Part shown: piece after piece, positions 30,200 through 38,144 of the stretch | How positions within the stretch are numbered: the stretch's first letter is position 1 | Layout: each line of letters starts with the position of its first letter | IMG/VR virus record: IMGVR_UViG_3300031134_000001 | Span: 32,001-96,000 of that record | Reading direction: 5' to 3' (one strand) | DNA from: a virus | Lineage: Duplodnaviria; Caudoviricetes | DNA: 64,000 nucleotides | Position numbers and translations under genes: made by a program | The notes under the pieces: model-generated | Told to the model about the DNA's origin: nothing | Seen by the model: the letters and a program-made list of their open reading frames with translations, nothing else | Databases searched by the model: none

Positions 30200-30550
30200 A
30201 TGGATTCCCAACAAGCTCTTCGCAGTCTTATCATTAACGCTATTGCATTACATCCCGCCCGTAGTGCAACTATGCAAGAAATCAACTCGACCCTTGGCTG
30301 GAATGTCATCACCCGCTACAAAACGGAGTATGCCATTCCAGCAGTAACTTCGCATGAAGTATTGAACTTGATGCTTGGACAGATGGTGCTTCAACGTAAG
30401 TTGAACATCGTTACCCGTGACGGCGTTAATTGTTACGCTATTGCAGAACGCGACTTCATCCCTCCAGATCACACCGCTGAGATTGAGGATCTGAAAGAAC
30501 GCGTCAAGGCTCTCGAAGACCTCGTTCGCAACCTCACCCAACCTACTTAA
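30200..30550 (+). CDS. Hypothetical protein, possible winged helix plus C-terminal coiled coil
   Basis: AAGGA SD; wHTH-like pattern; heptad tail EIEDLKERVKALEDLVRNL. Confidence 0.55.
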   Translation: MDSQQALRSLIINAIALHPARSATMQEINSTLGWNVITRYKTEYAIPAVTSHEVLNLMLGQMVLQRKLNIVTRDGVNCYAIAERDFIPPDHTAEIEDLKERVKALEDLVRNLTQPT

Positions 30551-30563
30551 CTAAAGGAGTGTC

Positions 30564-30914
30564 ATGAGTATCTTGTCGCAATTTAATCATCTACATTCCA
30601 TTTGCACTTCTGAAGACCTGGACAATCCGCCATTGGAAAATTTGTTCAACGCCTATTCGGTCCGTAACCTGCACGTTAATGACGTGCTCGCTACTGAACT
30701 TGATGATGTTTCGTCAGCAGTTGCTATCAGAACGAATGTGGGGATTATCATCCTTACAAATGAGTGGGAATCCAAGGATGTGTTTTGCCATCTCACAGAT
30801 AGCGTAGCTGCCGATCCAGAATGGCAAGCACTCGGTTTTGAAAAGTCGACGCTAATCGACACTGAGGAAAAGTGGACGTTTATCCTCAGTCAACAACGTT
30901 ACACCGGTCTATAA
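30564..30914 (+). CDS. Hypothetical early protein
   Basis: AAGGAG SD, 116 aa. Confidence 0.75.
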   Translation: MSILSQFNHLHSICTSEDLDNPPLENLFNAYSVRNLHVNDVLATELDDVSSAVAIRTNVGIIILTNEWESKDVFCHLTDSVAADPEWQALGFEKSTLIDTEEKWTFILSQQRYTGL

Positions 30915-30942
30915 CCCAACTAACAACACAAGGAGCACTACC

Positions 30943-31389
30943 ATGGCAACTGCAAAAGAACTGTTTGAAAAATTCCTCGATCAAGAAGCGGATAACAAAC
31001 TTTCCTACCATCTGCACACGCTGGAATGGCTAAAGAGAAAGCGCTCGAATGCTGAGGGTTCCCTTACCGTGTGTAAAATGGCGTTGGAGCAAAAGAAAGA
31101 AGAAACGCCACTGCCGCACCACATGAACGATTTCGAAGACGAGCTGGACGAAATCGATGCGCAAACAAAAATCAACGACGCCATGGACAAGGTGCTCGCC
31201 ATCGCCGAAGACGACGACGGCTTTATCATCACGAAGGGCGATTCGGAAAAGCCGTGGTACGAGCAAGAACCAGTTTACTGGACTCCGCACAAACCAACTG
31301 CCGACTGGGCCGTCACGTTCTTCAACGCCCATGCGATCATCACCGCACCAGAAGCCAAGCCTTTCAATCACGGCTGCTTCGTGGAGTAA
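30943..31389 (+). CDS. Hypothetical acidic early protein
   Basis: AC-rich leader with AAGGAG SD, 148 aa. Confidence 0.8.
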   Translation: MATAKELFEKFLDQEADNKLSYHLHTLEWLKRKRSNAEGSLTVCKMALEQKKEETPLPHHMNDFEDELDEIDAQTKINDAMDKVLAIAEDDDGFIITKGDSEKPWYEQEPVYWTPHKPTADWAVTFFNAHAIITAPEAKPFNHGCFVE

Positions 31390-31392
31390 TCG

Positions 31393-31836
31393 ATGCAGTT
31401 ATCCACCGTAAGTGAACGCAACCTTGACTTGGTTTTGGCTATAGCGCAAGGTAAGACATTACAAGCTGCCGGCGCCGAAGTGGGTATTAGCATCGAGCGA
31501 ACTCGGCAAATTGTGCGTAGCTTTTGCCGGGAGTACTTGCGTTACTCTCAATCCCAAGGTACGCCGGAAACGTTTTATCCAGGACCTGACATCGAAGGTG
31601 AACATTACTTCGGCGAGAGTCCCTACAACAATCACAAGCACAGCGACCCGACAACCAGCATGCGCAGCTTTAGACGGCTGTGGAATAAAGGTTTAGCTGT
31701 GTTAGATGTTGGAGCGTCGAATCCATGGCCCGGCCTTGACCGTCTCGAAGATTTGCGTTTAAATAGCGACTATTGGATACACCAAATTAAGTTGCTGCGT
31801 GAACGGCGTGCCTCATCTAAACACAAGGTAAAATAG
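31393..31836 (+). CDS. Sigma-70 region 4-like HTH protein
   Basis: GKTLQAAGAEVGISIERTRQIV resembles the sigma region 4.2 pattern TLxEIGxxxGVSRERVRQI. Confidence 0.6.
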   Translation: MQLSTVSERNLDLVLAIAQGKTLQAAGAEVGISIERTRQIVRSFCREYLRYSQSQGTPETFYPGPDIEGEHYFGESPYNNHKHSDPTTSMRSFRRLWNKGLAVLDVGASNPWPGLDRLEDLRLNSDYWIHQIKLLRERRASSKHKVK

Positions 31837-31837
31837 C

Positions 31838-32167
31838 ATGAAAATCGTAGATCTTGCCACATTTTTGGCCTATCCGGACGGTGTGGTATTTGCCGAGTAC
31901 GACCCTTGCATCATTGGGGAAATTGAAGTGCGTGGCGATGTCTGGATGTATGACAAACTAAGTAACTGCTGCTATCAGCGTTTTTCGCTGTTTGGTGCAG
32001 ATAACCCACCTTGCGGCCTGGGCACCGAAGGCGAGCTCGAAACCGACGTCTATTCTCGTACGGGGCCTGGGCTTAATGAAAAACAACTTTTCGCTGTCTT
32101 CGACAAGAAGGACATCAGCGTGATGATCAACCGTCTTCAGCGAGCATTGGACGAAGCAAAGGAGTAA
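31838..32167 (+). CDS. Hypothetical phage protein
   Basis: 109 aa, coupled to its neighbours. Confidence 0.75.
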   Translation: MKIVDLATFLAYPDGVVFAEYDPCIIGEIEVRGDVWMYDKLSNCCYQRFSLFGADNPPCGLGTEGELETDVYSRTGPGLNEKQLFAVFDKKDISVMINRLQRALDEAKE

Positions 32168-32168
32168 C

Positions 32169-32438
32169 ATGGACCAAACATCTAGCGATCTTCAATTCAC
32201 TAGCGTGTACTCCGGCAAGCTTCTGTCTGAAGTGCCATTTGATCACTTATGGGCGGACATGCCCGTCGTTGACGATGACGATGGTGCGGGTAAGATTGTT
32301 AACGTCATTAAGCGAGACCAGTACGGCATGCCGGTTAAAGCGGTGAAAATAACTTGCTTTGAACCCAAAGCCGAAGGCGTTGTTGAAATTACCTACACCG
32401 CCATCCATTCTGAATTAAAGTTCGTGAGGGTAAAGTAA
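32169..32438 (+). CDS. Hypothetical protein
   Basis: GGAG SD, 89 aa, TAATG overlap with the next gene. Confidence 0.7.
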   Translation: MDQTSSDLQFTSVYSGKLLSEVPFDHLWADMPVVDDDDGAGKIVNVIKRDQYGMPVKAVKITCFEPKAEGVVEITYTAIHSELKFVRVK

Positions 32439-32995
32439 TGGCCATCATCGGTATCATCGGCACAGCTGGCCGAGACAAAACCAAACCCATGACGCTAGCG
32501 TTGTGGAAGTGGATGCTCCAAGATGCGTACAGTCGGGTACCTGCGGGTAGTCACGTGGGTTCGGGCGGCGCAGCATGGGCTGACCATTTGGTTGTGTCCA
32601 TGTTCCTGTTTGGTTACACCGGCAACATCACGCTGCATCTGCCAGCGCCTTTCGTTGATGGTAAATACCAGGGCGAAGGATTCAAGAGCGCAGGCTCTGC
32701 CGCGAATTATTACCACGAGATGTTCGGTAAAGTTATCGGTCGCAATACGCTGGAACAAATCGGGGACGTCATCGCCATGCGTGCTAGCATGCCTGAACGT
32801 GTCCATATCACCGAAGAGCCCGCTTCAGCCAGTATCGGCGGGATGTTCGCCCGTAACGCCAAAGTCGCCCAGTTCGACGAACTACTCGCTTACACATTTG
32901 GCGAGGGTGACGTACCAGCTGATGGTGGCACCAAAGACACGTGGGACAAATGCCAAGGCAAGAAAACCCACATTTCCCTTCCCCTTCTTTACTGA
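32438..32995 (+). CDS. SLOG superfamily protein (YspA/DUF2493-like)
   Basis: IIGTAGR, SGGAAWAD, ARN and DGGTKDT motifs match the SLOG pattern (GxR, SGGAxGAD, RN, GGT). Confidence 0.75.
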   Translation: MAIIGIIGTAGRDKTKPMTLALWKWMLQDAYSRVPAGSHVGSGGAAWADHLVVSMFLFGYTGNITLHLPAPFVDGKYQGEGFKSAGSAANYYHEMFGKVIGRNTLEQIGDVIAMRASMPERVHITEEPASASIGGMFARNAKVAQFDELLAYTFGEGDVPADGGTKDTWDKCQGKKTHISLPLLY

Positions 32996-33004
32996 AAGCG
33001 CCCT

Positions 33005-33295
33005 ATGTCCGTTATCCTCCCAGTCATCAAACTCAAGGCAGATTCGATCGTCATCAAAATGGCAGTAGATGGCCGTGTTGTCACATACACGATGTTTAAT
33101 CCTGATCCCGAAACCATGGAGTGTCTGCGCGCAGCACAACTTGGTGACAAATTCAACGGCGTGATCATCGTTGATAAGCGTGACGATGGTGACGACGACA
33201 CGCACATCAACGAACGCATTCAGACATTCCTTGAACTGCATTTGCCCAGCATCAACAAGCGTCACACCCAAAGGGTGACATTCATCAACGGCTAA
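33005..33295 (+). CDS. Hypothetical protein
   Basis: 96-aa ORF in the early operon. Confidence 0.7.
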   Translation: MSVILPVIKLKADSIVIKMAVDGRVVTYTMFNPDPETMECLRAAQLGDKFNGVIIVDKRDDGDDDTHINERIQTFLELHLPSINKRHTQRVTFING

Positions 33296-33308
33296 GAAAG
33301 GATACAGC

Positions 33309-33542
33309 GTGAGTAACATTCAACCTAAATGGATTATATTCATTGTTCGCGATCAAGACGGATCAATGATTTATAACTCGGGAATCTCCGGCAGTGCGCA
33401 TCAGCGACGTACACGATTGCGCGCCCTTCTTCAGCGCCTTCGCCAAGGGCGCGATATTGTTGTATCTAAAAACGAATGGGTAAAAGGTCGCGGGCAGCGC
33501 ACTACCAAAATGATCTGGAGTAAAGAGCTGCCCGCAATCTAG
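33309..33542 (+). CDS. Hypothetical basic protein
   Basis: GTG start after AAAGGA, 77 aa. Confidence 0.6.
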   Translation: MSNIQPKWIIFIVRDQDGSMIYNSGISGSAHQRRTRLRALLQRLRQGRDIVVSKNEWVKGRGQRTTKMIWSKELPAI

Positions 33543-33562
33543 CCATTAGAAATGTGGCGCTA

Positions 33563-33586
33563 GAAAATCTCAAGGCTATATACCTA
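33563..33586 (+). promoter_or_regulatory. Early promoter variant heading the amphipathic-helix array
   Basis: GAAAATCTCAAGGC-TATATACC (33577-33584); shares CAAGGCTATAT with the copy at 40102. Confidence 0.55.
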
Positions 33587-33653
33587 GTGTGAATTGGAAA
33601 CGGTATCGATTAAACGAACCGTTTCTTACCCTAACTTACACTGGAGAATTACC

Positions 33654-34034
33654 ATGAACTTCATCAAATCGATCTGGAATAAAGTCAAGTCGTTCTTCGG
33701 TGGCATGTTCGCGTCGAAGAAAGTCACCGCAGCACCAGCTGCACCAGCCGTCAAAACCGAAGTGGCTCAAGCTGCTGAAGTCATCAACGCTGAAGAAGTC
33801 CAAGCTGAAGCCGATGCTAAAGCAGAAGCTGATGCTCGTATGGAAGCCCTGGCAATTGTATTCAACCGCGTTGCTGAACTGGCTCGCTTCCGTAACTACT
33901 CGCTTGAAGAAGCGCGTACCGCATTCTACGCTGACGACATGACCACCATGGTTCGTATCGAACGCGACATGAAAGCACGCAAGTACAAAGCACCAAAGAA
34001 AGTCAAAGCAGTTAAGCAAGTTGTTGCAGCATAA
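33654..34034 (+). CDS. Array protein 1, N-terminal amphipathic helix
   Basis: GGAG SD, ATG 33654; starts MNFIKSIWNKVKSFFGGMF and ends VVAA. Confidence 0.85.
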   Translation: MNFIKSIWNKVKSFFGGMFASKKVTAAPAAPAVKTEVAQAAEVINAEEVQAEADAKAEADARMEALAIVFNRVAELARFRNYSLEEARTAFYADDMTTMVRIERDMKARKYKAPKKVKAVKQVVAA

Positions 34035-34075
34035 TTCGTTCGTTCCCTATAACTAACAACACAAGGAGCATTACC

Positions 34076-34501
34076 ATGAAACAATTCTTCAACAACATCT
34101 GGTCGAATGTCAAAGACCTGTATGTCAAAGTGCGCAACTTCATCGCACGTCAGATCACGCCTTGCCTGCAATACGGCGACAAGCTGATCAACACCGTCAA
34201 AGCGCTTCGCACGCTTGGCAAAGAAGTGTCGTACATGGACTACGCTAAAGTGGTCCTGGGTTACACCGTGAACATCCTCACGTGCGTGACCTTCGGCGTC
34301 ATCCTGGCTGTGCTCGGTGCGTACGCTACGCTGGCACTGTCGTTCGTGGTTGGCGAATTTATCGCAACCGTGTTCGTGATCGTTGCCCGTACGCTGTTCG
34401 TCATGGACGTGTTCGAAGAAGTTGAAAGCCAGATGTTCTGCGCTAAGATTTCTGAAATTGCTGTCGCAGTGCGTGAACGCCGTGAAGCCGCGGCAGCTTA
34501 A
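34076..34501 (+). CDS. Array protein 2, amphipathic helix plus membrane segments
   Basis: Starts MKQFFNNIWSNVKDLY; hydrophobic stretch of about two TM segments; ends AAAA. Confidence 0.85.
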   Translation: MKQFFNNIWSNVKDLYVKVRNFIARQITPCLQYGDKLINTVKALRTLGKEVSYMDYAKVVLGYTVNILTCVTFGVILAVLGAYATLALSFVVGEFIATVFVIVARTLFVMDVFEEVESQMFCAKISEIAVAVRERREAAAA

Positions 34502-34527
34502 TTCATAACCAACAACAAGGATCTATC

Positions 34528-34992
34528 ATGAACTTCCTGCGCAACCTCTGGACCCGTATCAAATCGTTTTTCAGCAACCTGTTCGGCGGCAAGAAAGTCG
34601 AAGCTGAAGTCAAGGCTGAACCAGCTCCACTGACACCGGCTGCTAAGCGCTTCAACGCCGCTTACGAGAAAGCTGAGCAAATCGCTTTCAACCCTAAGTG
34701 GAGCAACGGCACTGGTTACTTCAACCATGCTGTTGAAGGTGAGCACGCACCAAAACTGGCTGTTGGTCAAATTGTTGCAAGCAAAGTCCCTGCCGCTGAC
34801 AACCGTCGTCTGATCATCGTCGGTACTGCAACTGGCAACGCCGTAATGTTTGAGCGTTACACCGACAGCGCTCAAACACTCGCAAGCAATGTGCCAGATG
34901 AGCTGCGCTCGTTCATCAGCAACCGCCTGTCGGCTGACGATGTAACGTTCCTGCTCAACGCTGGTAACGTACCAGTTAAAGCTGCAGCGTAA
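34528..34992 (+). CDS. Array protein 3, amphipathic helix plus globular domain
   Basis: Starts MNFLRNLWTRIKSFFSNLF; has RRLIIVGTATGNAVMFERY; ends KAAA. Confidence 0.85.
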   Translation: MNFLRNLWTRIKSFFSNLFGGKKVEAEVKAEPAPLTPAAKRFNAAYEKAEQIAFNPKWSNGTGYFNHAVEGEHAPKLAVGQIVASKVPAADNRRLIIVGTATGNAVMFERYTDSAQTLASNVPDELRSFISNRLSADDVTFLLNAGNVPVKAAA

Positions 34993-34997
34993 TACCG

Positions 34998-35023
34998 AAG
35001 AGGGGGATCGCCCCCTCTTTTAT
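34998..35023 (+). terminator. Intrinsic terminator
   Basis: AAGAGGGGG-ATCG-CCCCCTCTT hairpin. Confidence 0.65.
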
Positions 35024-35047
35024 AAACAACAATAACTAGGAGTTGTC

Positions 35048-35425
35048 ATGAATTTTCTGAAGAAATGTTTCAACCGCGTTGTCGGCTGGATGGCTTATCC
35101 GTTGGCCAAGTCGATGGACAAGATGGCGCAGCTCTTCGCGCCAGCACTGGTCGACCTGAAGTCGGACCGTAGTGTGAAGTGGACGTGGAAAGCTGTGGGT
35201 CAAGTGGTGATGGGCTTCTTGCTCTTGATCCTTACGTCTGTCGCGCTCTGCGTAACCTTTGTCGGCTCCATCGCCGGCATCACGTTGCTGCTTGCTCTGG
35301 TCCTGCCATCGCTCTTGGCTAACGTGATCGCCATCCTCGGCACGTTGTACATCGGTCACTGCGTGTACGAAGTCACCGAACCAATGCGTGCTGACGAAAT
35401 CGCTGTTGATTTCGAACTTAACTAA
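35048..35425 (+). CDS. Array protein 4, membrane protein
   Basis: Starts MNFLKKCFNRVVGWM; long hydrophobic region. Confidence 0.85.
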   Translation: MNFLKKCFNRVVGWMAYPLAKSMDKMAQLFAPALVDLKSDRSVKWTWKAVGQVVMGFLLLILTSVALCVTFVGSIAGITLLLALVLPSLLANVIAILGTLYIGHCVYEVTEPMRADEIAVDFELN

Positions 35426-35460
35426 TCCAATACCTGTTGTACCTTTAAAGGAGCATTACC

Positions 35461-35841
35461 ATGGAACGTATCAAAAACTTCTTCGTCGGCGTCGCCAAGT
35501 TCGCCTACGACTTCTTCATCCACCCAATCGTCAACCTGCGTCACCTGACGAAGATGGACAACACAACCAAAGCCCTCAGCATCATCGAAGCGGCTTCCCG
35601 TGTCATCGTCATGGCATCGTGGGTCGTCGCTGTGCCAGCCCTGCTGGTTACCCTGGCATGGACGTGGATCATCGGTACGCTGATCTGGGTCGCTGCAACC
35701 GTCGCTTTCATGATGGGTTCGATGGTTGCTATCGGCAAAATGGCTGGCGAATTTGATGCCGCTACTCCAGCTGCTGAAGTCAAAGCCGCCGACGCTGCTG
35801 AACCAGCAACTGAATCGACCATCATCCTCGCTACGGCCTAA
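35461..35841 (+). CDS. Array protein 5, membrane protein
   Basis: Starts MERIKNFFVGVAKFAYDFF; two TM-like segments; ends LATA. Confidence 0.85.
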   Translation: MERIKNFFVGVAKFAYDFFIHPIVNLRHLTKMDNTTKALSIIEAASRVIVMASWVVAVPALLVTLAWTWIIGTLIWVAATVAFMMGSMVAIGKMAGEFDAATPAAEVKAADAAEPATESTIILATA

Positions 35842-35844
35842 GCC

Positions 35845-36141
35845 ATGTGGGATTTTATCAAACGCCTCTTTAAATCCATCTACCGTCGTACGGTAGGTGG
35901 GTTGGTGCGGTTGGTAAAACACGCGGCGCAGGGTAAAGTGGATGGTCATGACAAAGTCGTGGTGTCGCGTTTCTTGCGACAGAGCGCGTACTTTGTGGTG
36001 CTGTTCTTCTTCCCAGCCCTGGGTGGTTTGCTTATGGCTTTGCGTATCATGGCGTTGGGTGATGTCTTTGGCATCATTAGCGACGTGTACGAAGATGTCG
36101 TTACCGCGTATTTAAAACAACCCGCACCTGCCCCCGCCTGA
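35845..36141 (+). CDS. Array protein 6, membrane-associated
   Basis: Starts MWDFIKRLFKSIY; hydrophobic AYFVVLFFFPALGGLLMAL; ends PAPA. Confidence 0.8.
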   Translation: MWDFIKRLFKSIYRRTVGGLVRLVKHAAQGKVDGHDKVVVSRFLRQSAYFVVLFFFPALGGLLMALRIMALGDVFGIISDVYEDVVTAYLKQPAPAPA

Positions 36142-36180
36142 TTCAGGTGGTGGGTAGATGCCCACCATTTGGAGAACAAC

Positions 36181-36480
36181 ATGCGTAAATTGCTCGCATT
36201 TGTAAAAGGCTTTTTCTTCACAGCGAAAGTCATTGTGTCGGCGATTGTGGCGCCAGTCGCGCAGCTGCTGAAAAGCACGTTGCAAAATAAGCCGTTGTCG
36301 GTCTTCCAGTTAGCGTTTGCTATCTGGCGTTTGTTCGTATGGACGATCTTCGTTCTGTGCGTTACGTCATCGGTGGGCGTCCCTGCCATCATCGCTTACC
36401 TGTTCTTAATCGACGTCATGGTCGTTTGCGTGCAGGTCGTGGCAATCACTGTCCTTAACTTGAAGGAGAAAGCAGTATGA
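36181..36480 (+). CDS. Array protein 7, membrane protein
   Basis: GGAG SD, ATG 36181; starts MRKLLAFVKGFFF; two or three hydrophobic segments. Confidence 0.8.
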   Translation: MRKLLAFVKGFFFTAKVIVSAIVAPVAQLLKSTLQNKPLSVFQLAFAIWRLFVWTIFVLCVTSSVGVPAIIAYLFLIDVMVVCVQVVAITVLNLKEKAV

Positions 36481-36845
36481 AAAAGTTTCTCGACACCTTA
36501 GCGGTGTTTGTTGGTAACCTGCTGGACTTGAACCCCAAGTCGTGGCTGGAATCCCAACGCCAAGCGCAGAAGATGCGCGAAGCAGCGCGTGCATGGGAAG
36601 CTGTCCCAGCGCCTTCGATCGTTCACAAAGACGGTCAAGAAGAAGTCGCCGCAGCGCCTGAGTCGCCATTTAGCTACCTGGGTCGCACCGCCCTGGTCGC
36701 GCTTGGCTTTGTTGGTCTGGCGTGGGTCGTAACCCAAGTGGTTACCGCGTTCATCTACGTCCTGCCTATCTTGGCAGGTCTGGCAACGCTGGCTTTGTTG
36801 ATGACCATGTTTGGTCCCAAGAAGCCTGACCCAATCCCAGCATGA
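36477..36845 (+). CDS. Array protein 8, C-terminal helical hairpin membrane protein
   Basis: Starts MKKFLDTLAVFVGNLL; two TM-like segments near the C-terminus; ends PIPA. Confidence 0.85.
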   Translation: MKKFLDTLAVFVGNLLDLNPKSWLESQRQAQKMREAARAWEAVPAPSIVHKDGQEEVAAAPESPFSYLGRTALVALGFVGLAWVVTQVVTAFIYVLPILAGLATLALLMTMFGPKKPDPIPA

Positions 36846-36907
36846 ACACCGCAGTAAAATCCATTTCATTTTCTAATCGCAGCAAAATCAAACATCGGAG
36901 ATCTACC

Positions 36908-37609
36908 ATGAAAAACGCACAACAAGCCCAACACGTCGCTAACGCCATCAAAACCGTCCGCGCCCAAATCGAAGCACTGCGCGAGCAGATCAAGTCGGCC
37001 ACCGGCGACGAACGCATCGCGCTGCAAGCCGAAGCCAACGCGCTGCTCGAATCGATCGGCGTGGAATCGTCGGTCGGTGTGCAGTCGGCCGACAACAGCA
37101 CCGCTGGTCACATCCTGGGTAACATCAACGCCGTTGTCGAGAAAGCTGGCAACATCACTGGCTTGCCAATCGAACCAGCTGAAATCGATGTGAAGATCAC
37201 CAACGCCGACGGCAGCAGCACCACCACCCACACCACGGTCGAGACCAAGAAAGCTGGCCTGTGGACCCGCTTCAAACTCTGGTGCGCAGAGAACAAGAAG
37301 AAAGTGATCTTCGGTGCTATCGGCCTGGCCGCCGGCGCTGCTGGTCTGTGGTTCTGGATCAATGGTAAAAATACTGTGAACGTTACATCCTCTGCAACGG
37401 ATGTGATCATCACTGCCGAACCTACCATCCAAACCGGCGAGGCTGACCCTTCGATCTTCGAACGTGTCGGTGCCTGGGTTGTCGGTGCTGCTGGCGCCGT
37501 CAAAGGCTATGCGGTCAACGCCTGGTCGTGGGTGAAGGGTCTGTTCAACCGTAACAACAACACGGAGGTCAACGTTGAAGTCCCAGTCCAAATGCCACTC
37601 GCTGCCTAA
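36908..37609 (+). CDS. Array protein 9, coiled coil plus TM plus amphipathic helices
   Basis: GGAG SD, ATG 36908; GLWTRFKLW, TM VIFGAIGLAAGAAGLWFWI, WSWVKGLF; ends PLAA. Confidence 0.85.
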   Translation: MKNAQQAQHVANAIKTVRAQIEALREQIKSATGDERIALQAEANALLESIGVESSVGVQSADNSTAGHILGNINAVVEKAGNITGLPIEPAEIDVKITNADGSSTTTHTTVETKKAGLWTRFKLWCAENKKKVIFGAIGLAAGAAGLWFWINGKNTVNVTSSATDVIITAEPTIQTGEADPSIFERVGAWVVGAAGAVKGYAVNAWSWVKGLFNRNNNTEVNVEVPVQMPLAA

Positions 37610-37706
37610 TGGCCGGCACTACCCTTCCGGTAAACAAGCACTTGTCTCGTTGGTGTTGGCCTTCGTGATCTTTGTGATCGCCAACATTTCCACCGGTCGG
37701 TTCTAA
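37575..37706 (+). CDS. Small overlapping 43-aa tail-anchored membrane peptide (not in the ORF track)
   Basis: GGAGG at 37564-37568, 6 nt before TTG 37575; encodes MKSQSKCHSLPNGRHYPSGKQALVSLVLAFVIFVIANISTGRF. Confidence 0.5.
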   Translation: MKSQSKCHSLPNGRHYPSGKQALVSLVLAFVIFVIANISTGRF

Positions 37707-37789
37707 AAGCATACACTCATGAGGAGCTCGGGGTAACCCGGCTCCTTGTGGGCGTATGTTGTTTCTTTTTTCTTTACAGGAGTTGCCTT

Positions 37790-38071
37790 ATGGTCGCTGC
37801 CCTCGTTGCAAGCCTGCTGTTGTTAGTGACAGCGGTTCGTCGTAAAGCTGCTGAGCCGGTCCAACCGATCGCCGCTAAGCCCGTACCTAAACCCAAGCCA
37901 GTAGCTATGCCAGTGATGCCACGTGCTGCGCGTACTGCGCCACCAGCGCTTAAGCGTGATCGTCGTCCAACGTTGAGTGTGGATGAATACCAGCAGCAGT
38001 ACGCCACCCCAGTATCATTCAAGGTGGAGCTTACGGGCTACAACTTACCTCCTGGAACACTGACTTACTAG
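37790..38071 (+). CDS. N-terminally anchored Pro-rich small protein
   Basis: AGGAG SD, ATG 37790; MVAALVASLLLLVTAV followed by RRK. Confidence 0.7.
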   Translation: MVAALVASLLLLVTAVRRKAAEPVQPIAAKPVPKPKPVAMPVMPRAARTAPPALKRDRRPTLSVDEYQQQYATPVSFKVELTGYNLPPGTLTY

Positions 38072-38144
38072 AAAAATATTGTAAGTCAGCAATACCATGT
38101 CCGACAATTTACCTATAACTCCATACCAACAGAAGGGATTCATC

